DNA of 27,321 nt, taken from positions 1 to 27,321 of IMG/VR virus record IMGVR_UViG_3300025773_000033. One strand, given 5' to 3'. The number at the start of each line of letters is the position of its first letter. The stretch's first letter is position 1. A model generated the notes under the pieces. That model saw nothing but the letters and a program-made list of their open reading frames with translations. It did no database searches and was not told the DNA's origin. The position numbers and the translations under genes were made by a program. Below are positions 1 through 6,900 of the stretch, in pieces. The DNA comes from a virus. Lineage: Duplodnaviria > Caudoviricetes.

Positions 1-18
1 ATTAAAGAATAAGAACAC

Positions 19-171
19 ATGATTACATTTACATACGGACAAATTTTTTTAATCATTGGGTTAAGTATTGTTGATGGCGTTTTGCTTGGTTTTATTTTGA
101 CCACGCATTTTATTAGCAAAGAAAGAAAAGCTAAATTAAAGGATAAGAACCATGTTGTTTCTGGGGAATAA
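19..171 (+). CDS. small hypothetical membrane protein (50 aa)
   Basis: Read by hand, below the ORF-track cutoff: MITFTYGQIFLIIGLSIVDGVLLGFILTTHFISKERKAKLKDKNHVVSGE. Hydrophobic N-terminal stretch then a basic tail; the ATG lies in an AAGAACACATGA stop/start junction. Confidence 0.6.
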   Translation: MITFTYGQIFLIIGLSIVDGVLLGFILTTHFISKERKAKLKDKNHVVSGE

Positions 172-325
172 AGACGGTAAACCTTGGTGGTATAAATATG
201 AAAATGACAATTGGATACCTGTGACTGAAGATGAAGACATTGCAAATAAAAAATATTCGCAAGATAGATGGGATGAAATATGTGCAAAAGTTTTTAACGA
301 ATTTTTTAAGGAAAAGAACACATGA
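152..325 (+). CDS. small hypothetical protein (57 aa)
   Basis: Read by hand: MLFLGNKDGKPWWYKYEND...FFKEKNT. AAGGA upstream of the ATG; its TGA overlaps the next ATG (ATGA at 322-325). Confidence 0.65.
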   Translation: MLFLGNKDGKPWWYKYENDNWIPVTEDEDIANKKYSQDRWDEICAKVFNEFFKEKNT

Positions 326-570
326 ACTGGTTACCAGAACACAAATGTGGTTTATATCTGAGTCACAATGAACACCGTGATGTTTACGAAACTGTTGAAG
401 AATTTTATGAAGCCGACTTTTTTGTTTCACCAGAAGAATGGCATAAGGCTGTAGCGGAAGATAGCGTCTGGGTGTTGCATTGGTATCCATATACGCCTAT
501 TGGGTTTCACCGTGTTGCCGCATCAACATTGGAGGCCATCGAAGCCAAACTCAAGGAGAAAAACACATGA
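322..570 (+). CDS. hypothetical phage protein (82 aa)
   Basis: ORF track; ATGA coupling at both ends; C-terminus IEAKLKEKNT. Confidence 0.8.
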   Translation: MNWLPEHKCGLYLSHNEHRDVYETVEEFYEADFFVSPEEWHKAVAEDSVWVLHWYPYTPIGFHRVAASTLEAIEAKLKEKNT

Positions 571-752
571 AAGATATAGCAATGATTGGCGGAATATTTG
601 AGACTGAAGAAGGTGCAAAAGGCTTTCAAAATTTACTCATTGATGACTCAATCGTGGTAAAATTCTATATGCCAAATGCTCAGATGCCTATCCTTTATTG
701 GGTAGCCAATCAGCAGTTGGTAGATAACCTCAAGGAGACACTTGATGCGTGA
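567..752 (+). CDS. hypothetical phage protein (61 aa, MKDIAMIGG...)
   Basis: The track starts at 480, but the ATG at 567 has an AAGGAG RBS and overlaps the upstream stop (ATGA). Confidence 0.7.
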   Translation: MKDIAMIGGIFETEEGAKGFQNLLIDDSIVVKFYMPNAQMPILYWVANQQLVDNLKETLDA

Positions 753-852
753 CCTCTTATTTAATCTTGCAATGACTGTACTACCCATCATGGCAATATT
801 GCTGATAATTGACTTTATCCTTTGCTTGGTAACTGGATATGACTATGACTGA
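745..852 (+). CDS. small hydrophobic protein (35 aa)
   Basis: MRDLLFNLAMTVLPIMAILLIIDFILCLVTGYDYD; AAGGAG upstream; overlaps the previous stop. Confidence 0.5.
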   Translation: MRDLLFNLAMTVLPIMAILLIIDFILCLVTGYDYD

Positions 853-988
853 AGTCTGGATATTTGTGTTTGGAATGCTAGTTGGCATCGGGTTATGGAA
901 TGTAGCTATAATTACTTACAGAGAATTGTATGCCCGTAGAGAAGATCAGAACCTTCCTAGGCCGCTACTTAGAGAGAGGGGTAACTAA
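845..988 (+). CDS. small membrane protein (47 aa)
   Basis: MTEVWIFVFGMLVGIGLWNVAIITYRELYARRED...; one transmembrane-like segment; overlaps the previous stop. Confidence 0.45.
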   Translation: MTEVWIFVFGMLVGIGLWNVAIITYRELYARREDQNLPRPLLRERGN

Positions 989-1118
989 AGTAACAGAGGG
1001 TGTGATCTACAGGTGTACAGACTGTGGAGAGAGTTGGGATAAGGATCAGGCGCACAAGTGCCTGACAACAAGTAAGAAGATTGGGGAGGAGCCTGTGCAC
1101 AAGGTGACAATGATCTAG
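930..1118 (+). CDS. small putative Zn-ribbon protein (62 aa)
   Basis: YRCTDCGESW...HKC gives CxxC plus distal H/C ligands. Confidence 0.6.
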   Translation: MPVEKIRTFLGRYLERGVTKVTEGVIYRCTDCGESWDKDQAHKCLTTSKKIGEEPVHKVTMI

Positions 1119-1361
1119 TCTTCTTATTTGTTGGTGTCCAAGCTGAAGGTCTGTGGCATTAAATGAGTATCCTTAATACCGCCAACAGCTAACAAGTATG
1201 AGGATTGTAGGCTTTCCCACCTCCCGAAAGGGCTATGCAGGGAAGTTAAAGTAACGTGCAGGTCGTACCTACAGTCCTCATTCTTGTTGGTGTGGCGAAA
1301 GCCTGAGACTGGTAACCTGCGTTAATGTTCAAGGCAGGACATCAACAACTATAACTAGGAG
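1115..1361 (+). ncRNA. putative large structured RNA / cis-regulatory RNA (unassigned family)
   Basis: Closing helix 1128-1139/1337-1348; 24-bp helix 1188-1211/1268-1291 with three G-U pairs and one mismatch; GAAA tetraloop hairpins at 1223-1232 and 1294-1303. No credible ORF covers it. Confidence 0.6.
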
Positions 1362-1364
1362 TTA

Positions 1365-1574
1365 ATGATGGCAACAAAGAAAACAACAGCCACAAAGAAG
1401 TTAATGGACGATCCCCAAAAGACTGAATCCGACTTCCAACAGATGAATGACTATCTGGACTATGTAAGCGCCAGGATGAAGTATCTGAACGCCCAAGTAA
1501 GAGCGCTGAAGATAGAGAACGATCAGCACAAAGCCACAATAAGGCGCATGGATAGACGAATCCAGAACGCCTGA
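1365..1574 (+). CDS. small coiled-coil hypothetical protein (69 aa)
   Basis: AGGAG RBS at 1357-1361; heptad-like C-terminal half (YLNAQVRALKIENDQHKATIRRMDRRI). Confidence 0.8.
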   Translation: MMATKKTTATKKLMDDPQKTESDFQQMNDYLDYVSARMKYLNAQVRALKIENDQHKATIRRMDRRIQNA

Positions 1575-1615
1575 TATACAATACAGGCATTAACTTGGTT
1601 CGACATTGGAATAAT

Positions 1616-2161
1616 ATGGATAACGTAACCGAAAAGCCCAAGAACAAGGGTGGACGCCCAACAAAATATACGCCCCAAATAGCGGCAGAGATCTGTACCC
1701 TCATCAGTAATGGTATGAGTGTTAGACAAATCCTGAAGGCGGATGAGAAGATAGGAAAGTTCCCAAGTCAGGCTACGATCTATGAGTGGTTGATTGTTCA
1801 TCCAGAGTTTGCTGAGCAATACGCACGTGCACGGGAAGATCAAGCCGACACCATTGCTGATGAGATCCTCCAAATAGCTGACGAAACCCCAGATACAGAG
1901 CCAGTGATTGACCGCAGGACTGGTGAGCTAATCAGGATGGAACTGAGCAACTCCTACATCCAATGGCAAAGAAACCGCATAGATGCCCGTAAATGGACGG
2001 CTATGAAGCTCAAGCCTAAGAAGTATGGGGATAGGACAACGATTGCAGGGGATAAGGAAAACCCACTGCAAAGCGAGATTGTCGTTACAGCCAAGAGCGC
2101 AATGGATACAGTGGTTGAGCATTTGACCCTTAAAAAACAGGCATCGAATGCAGGATCTTGA
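1616..2161 (+). CDS. terS: terminase small subunit
   Basis: GRPTKY N-terminal motif, HTH-like segment, FAEQYARAREDQADTIADEILQIAD and RIDARKW...KLKPKKYGD, typical of Sf6 gp1-like TerS. Directly upstream of TerL. ATG 1616 preferred over TTG 1595. Confidence 0.9.
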   Translation: MDNVTEKPKNKGGRPTKYTPQIAAEICTLISNGMSVRQILKADEKIGKFPSQATIYEWLIVHPEFAEQYARAREDQADTIADEILQIADETPDTEPVIDRRTGELIRMELSNSYIQWQRNRIDARKWTAMKLKPKKYGDRTTIAGDKENPLQSEIVVTAKSAMDTVVEHLTLKKQASNAGS

Positions 2162-3593
2162 TGAGGTCATAGAGATATTGACCGACCCCGAGGTGAAGGC
2201 TCACTTCGCTGTACTCCCACCTGAAGAGCAGATGGCTTACGCCGCAAGGATCAAGTGGCTGAGTATTGCCCATGATCACCAGGTTCCCCCGAGTTGGGAC
2301 TGGTCTATTTGGATGGTGCTCGGTGGACGGGGCGCAGGGAAGACTAGGCTTGCGGCAGAGTGGACGTTCTGGAAGGCTTGGACTAATCCCAAGACTCGGT
2401 GGCTAGTTGGAGCGCCAACACACTCAGACCTGAAGGATGTGTGCTTTATGGGTGACTCAGGACTGACCAACGTCATACCTCAGATCTTGATTAAGAAGCA
2501 CCTGAAGGACGATAACGAGATTACCCTGATCAACGGCTCAATCATCAAAGGCATACCCGCATCGGAGCCTGAGCGCTTCAGGGGGCCACAGTTCCACGGG
2601 GGTTGGCTAGATGAGTTGGCGGCGTGGGATTATCTACAGGAAGCCTGGGATCTGCTCAGCTTCTCCATCCGTTTGGGAGACAAGACCCAAGTTGTATGTA
2701 CGACAACGCCCAAGCCCAAAGATCTGATTGTTGATCTGGTAGGTAGAAACGGGAGTGATGTAGCCCTGACCACAGCATCCACCTACGCCAACATTGACAA
2801 CCTATCAGCAAACTTCCGCAAGCAGATCGAGCAGTACGACCCTGAGTCTGCACTGTATCGCCAGGAGGTGTTGGCTGAGATCTTAGACCCTGAGCTAACA
2901 GGTATCGTCAAGCGCAAATGGTTCAAACTATTCCCTGCCTACAACTCTCAGGGTGAGCCAATGCCTCTGCCCAAGTTTGAGTTCATCTTGCAAAGCTATG
3001 ACTGTGCATTCACTGAGAAGGCGCACAATGACCCAACAGCGTGTATCACTTTCGGTGTATTCAAACCGATGGATGGTCCGATGTCAGTGCTCATCCTCGA
3101 TGCCTGGCAAGACCACCTGCAATACCCAGATCTCAAGCCCAAGGTGATGGATGAGTTTGAGACTGTATACGGTGAGGGCAAGGATAAGAAGCGAGTTGAG
3201 ATGATTCTGGTGGAGGACAAAGCCGCAGGCATCAGCTTGATCCAAGACTTGCAAAGGGCACAGTTACCCGTACAAAGCTACAACCCAGGCAAGGCAGACA
3301 AAGTTCAGCGGTTATCAATTGTTGCCAATATCATACGGGCAGGTAGGGTTTGGGTGCCAGAGTCAAGCATGAACAAAGGATATGTAAGGGACTGGGCAGA
3401 AGGGGCTATAAGCCAGATCTGTGCGTTCCCTGACGCAACACATGACGATTACGTTGATTCGCTCACACAGGCTCTTAGATGGCTTAGAGACGCAGGATTC
3501 CTGAACATTGATCCACCTCCACGTGAAGACTACGATGAGGAAGATTACATTGATGCCAACCCCCAACCAAGGGTCAATCCATATGCGGTATGA
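2148..3593 (+). CDS. terL: terminase large subunit
   Basis: Walker A GGRGAGKT, Walker B GWLDE, coupling motif TTTP, nuclease acidic residues (QSYD, VEDKAAG, HDDYVDS). Confidence 0.97.
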   Translation: MQDLDEVIEILTDPEVKAHFAVLPPEEQMAYAARIKWLSIAHDHQVPPSWDWSIWMVLGGRGAGKTRLAAEWTFWKAWTNPKTRWLVGAPTHSDLKDVCFMGDSGLTNVIPQILIKKHLKDDNEITLINGSIIKGIPASEPERFRGPQFHGGWLDELAAWDYLQEAWDLLSFSIRLGDKTQVVCTTTPKPKDLIVDLVGRNGSDVALTTASTYANIDNLSANFRKQIEQYDPESALYRQEVLAEILDPELTGIVKRKWFKLFPAYNSQGEPMPLPKFEFILQSYDCAFTEKAHNDPTACITFGVFKPMDGPMSVLILDAWQDHLQYPDLKPKVMDEFETVYGEGKDKKRVEMILVEDKAAGISLIQDLQRAQLPVQSYNPGKADKVQRLSIVANIIRAGRVWVPESSMNKGYVRDWAEGAISQICAFPDATHDDYVDSLTQALRWLRDAGFLNIDPPPREDYDEEDYIDANPQPRVNPYAV

Positions 3594-3599
3594 TAGCGA

Positions 3600-3702
3600 T
3601 GGGGTGGAGTTGTGGGTTAGCGCCACATCATCGTTCAACAATCATTTTTTATGGTTTAAGAGTCGAATTGGTAACAAACACTGCTTTATGTGAACCACCC
3701 CA
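3600..3702 (+). promoter_or_regulatory. structured leader upstream of the ACP gene
   Basis: TGGGGTGG (3600-3607) pairs with CCACCCCA (3695-3702); inner hairpin TGTGG-GTTAGCG-CCACA (3611-3627). Confidence 0.4.
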
Positions 3703-3717
3703 CCCAAAAGGAACTAA

Positions 3718-3951
3718 ATGATTACATTCGACCAATTTAAAGATTTACTGGTTAACAAGTACAACATCAACCCAAACAATATAACGCCAGATGCTAGGGT
3801 ATCTGACTTGGGGCTTGACTCACTGGTATTCATTGAGGTGCTGTTTGATGCTGAGGACTTGATTGGTAAGAAGATCCCTGAATCAGCCATAAAGCCTGAG
3901 CAGGTTGAGTTAACGGTTGAAGAGCTTTGCACATTGATTAATAGTATCTAG
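3718..3951 (+). CDS. acpP: acyl carrier protein
   Basis: 77 aa, acidic; ITPDARVSDLGLDSLVFIEVLFDAED contains the LGxDSL phosphopantetheine-attachment serine; C-terminal TVEEL..LI helix; AAGGA RBS. Confidence 0.9.
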   Translation: MITFDQFKDLLVNKYNINPNNITPDARVSDLGLDSLVFIEVLFDAEDLIGKKIPESAIKPEQVELTVEELCTLINSI

Positions 3952-3963
3952 CAAGGGTACACT
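3934..3963 (+). promoter_or_regulatory. possible sigma70-like promoter for the large gene
   Basis: TTGATT (3934-3939) - 18 nt - TACACT (3958-3963), ending about 22 nt before ATG 3986. Weak match only. Confidence 0.25.
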
Positions 3964-3985
3964 CAAAGGAATATTGCGAGGTGCT

Positions 3986-6900
3986 ATGCCAAACCCTAAA
4001 GCAAACCAACAACCCCTAGATCTAGACAGAATCAAAGCCGATGCAATGAGCATGGGCATACCTGCTAGAGCGTTACTGGACATGATCTACTCTGGTGGAC
4101 GCAGTGCTATTGCCACCACAGCGGGATTGCCTGCTGATCTGGCTAACACAGCTATTGGTTTGCACAATATGGCGCACGACATTCGCCGTAACAAGTTTGA
4201 AGGATATCAGCCAGGATCTATATCTGGTGGCTCTGAGGATATCAAGGGATTGATCCCTGACCTAGCCAAAGACCCCAACTCAATGCTTAACAAGATGGCA
4301 AGCACAGCAGGTGACTTCGCTGTTATCCCAGGAGCGGGTACAGCCGCCACAAAGGGTGCAAAGATGCTTGGGCAGGAGATTGCTGATAGGGTTGCTACTG
4401 GTCAACGACTTATCCCTGGAGTTGGTGAGCCACAGATGGCTATGCACGTTATCAAGCCTGAGAAGGGTGGTAACTGGGTAAATAAGCAGGTTAACTCTGC
4501 TTTAGATAAATTAAAACAAGATACCTTATTAAAGAATAAAACTTATTATTACGGCCCAGAACACGATAAAGCTGTTGAAGAACGAATCAAAGAGCTAAAA
4601 GATATAGGTAGCGAAGGTGGATTGCGTGTCGTTAAACATCTAGAAGATAACAAAGATAAGTTTAAGAAGCTTGGCGCATTAAACCAATGGATTGATACCA
4701 ACCTCAAAAATTATGTTCGTAATGATATGGCCACACCTCATGACCCAATTCGCTTGGGCATTGAGGAACGAGTAGCCAAGGTTGAGGCCAACAACGCTAA
4801 AGAGCAAAAGAAGATAGCTAAGTTAGATGAGAAGATTGCTCAGGCCAAACAATCTGGTGATGAAGGTGCTGTAAGAACTATGCAGGCCGCCAGAGATAAT
4901 TTGGCAATTGAAGCTGAAGATGCTTATGAGTTGGGCATGAAGCATTCTGCTCATGTACCACATGAAAACTTTAGATTTGGAGATAACATCTCTAGATTTG
5001 AAGGTATGTCAACTACAAAGCCTTCAAATGCTTGGGAGTTTGTTTCTGACAATGCTTTAGATAGACTTAATAGCAATAGACTGAACGATCCATATGAACA
5101 GCATTACAAAACTATAAGTAAAGAACAGCCTGAGCTTTTGGGTCTTAAAGATAAAAATATTTATTCAGTATCTGATCCTCGTAACTTTGCTAACGATCTT
5201 GGCTTTGATCACGTTGTAGATACGATCAAACAGCATTTGGATTTGCCTGAAGGCGATAAGTATCATCTCAAGCCTGAGCAACTCAAGAACATAAGCGTTC
5301 CACAGATGATGGAACGTGTGGCTAACCAAAACTTAGAGAAAGATATTGCAAGTCGTAACGTAGCGTTACAACAGCAAGAAGGCTTTCCTGTTCTTAAAGA
5401 GTATCCATCTGGTCACAAGTGGATTGAGCTTAAGATGCCTGATCCCAAAATAGAAGAATCCCATGTTATGGGTCATCCTTCTGGTTATCCTGATCTTCAT
5501 GCAGTAATTGATTCGAAAACTGGTCAATCAGTATCTGTTGGCTCAACTCCCGAAGAAGCTGTTAATCTTTACAAAAGAGAAGAGCGTCAGAAACAACTTG
5601 AAGACGCATTGACATATGAAGGCGATAAGATGGGTCACTGTGTTGGTGGCTATTGTCCTGACGTATTGCAAGGCAACACAAGAATATTCTCATTAAGAGA
5701 TAAGCGTGGTGAGCCTCACGTAACAATTGAAGCTAGAAATCCAAAAATATATACTGAAGATGATGTGCTTGATCAATTCCCTGGTGGAGTAACAGATGCT
5801 CTTAAAAGAGGAGATATTGGCGCAAAAAAATATATAGCTTCAAAGCTTGAGGAGTTAAACGCAAACTCAAGAACACCAAACATTCATCAAATTAAAGGCA
5901 AAGGTAATGGAGCACCTGTAGATAAGTACTTGCCTATGGTGCAAGACTTCCAACGTACTACTGGATTTCCAATTAAAGGAGATATACAAAACTCTGGATT
6001 TGTTAATACTCAACCTGAGTTAAAAAAATTTGGAGAAAGTATTGGTTTAAAGGTGCCAGATTATTTAACTAAAGACGAAGAAAATGTTTTACGCCAACAA
6101 GTTGCTCCTCATGTTGAGTCAACGGTTAAAAACGCAAACAATTTTTTAGATACTCATCCTGCATTTGAACCTCATCGCCAAGCGAATGAAGTATTTAATA
6201 GTGCTCTTAATAATGGTATGTTTTTCAAAGATGAAGAACAATACTCTAAATTACGAAATGCTAGTAATCAACCGTTACATCCAGATATTCCTTATACATA
6301 TAATGAATTTAAATCAGTATTGAACAATCCAGAAGAACATGGTGAAGGTGATCCATTAAAAACTCAACTATATACTCTTGGAAAAATTGATGAACTGCGT
6401 AACAAAGTAGGAGATGTTCCTGCTGTAACCCCTCAAGAGACACAAGGCCTAGCTAAAGGCGGAAGAGTTAAGCGCAAGGTTCATGTTGCTAATGACTTGG
6501 ATATGATGCGCCATGAGATCCAGATGAAGGATAGCCCCAAAGGATTTGCAGGCGGTGGTGTTGTAGATAAGATGATTGGCAAGGGAATGGCTAGGCTATT
6601 CTCTGCTGTGGATAAGACTGCGGCTGAGTTGCCAAGAGCCAAGGGTACTGGCGCTGAATTCATGACAGAGCTTAGCAAGAAGCCTGGCGTTAAGAAGGCT
6701 GAATTGGCTGATAGAAACTTGGATGAGATCAAAGCATTACCCAAGATGACGAAGGATGAGTTCAAAGCTGAACTTGCCAAGCGTCCTGTGCCCCAAGTAA
6801 CTAAGAAGATACTGAGCGAAAATAACGCCGATAAATATTACATAGAACCAGTTGATCCAGATATGGCAAGGCCAAGAGATCCTCACTGGTTGTATGATGA

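Noticed and set aside
1141-1303. Possible hammerhead ribozyme or tRNA within the structured region
   Set aside because: No CUGANGA core correctly placed relative to GAAA, and no cloverleaf with a T-loop (TTCRA).
3611-3627. Hairpin resembling the P1 stem-loop of pistol ribozymes
   Set aside because: No downstream complement to the loop (CGCTAA) for the required pseudoknot, and no other pistol core elements found.
3508-3693. 61-aa ORF overlapping the end of terL
   Set aside because: Non-ATG start, long overlap with terL, and it runs through the base-paired leader; more likely non-coding.
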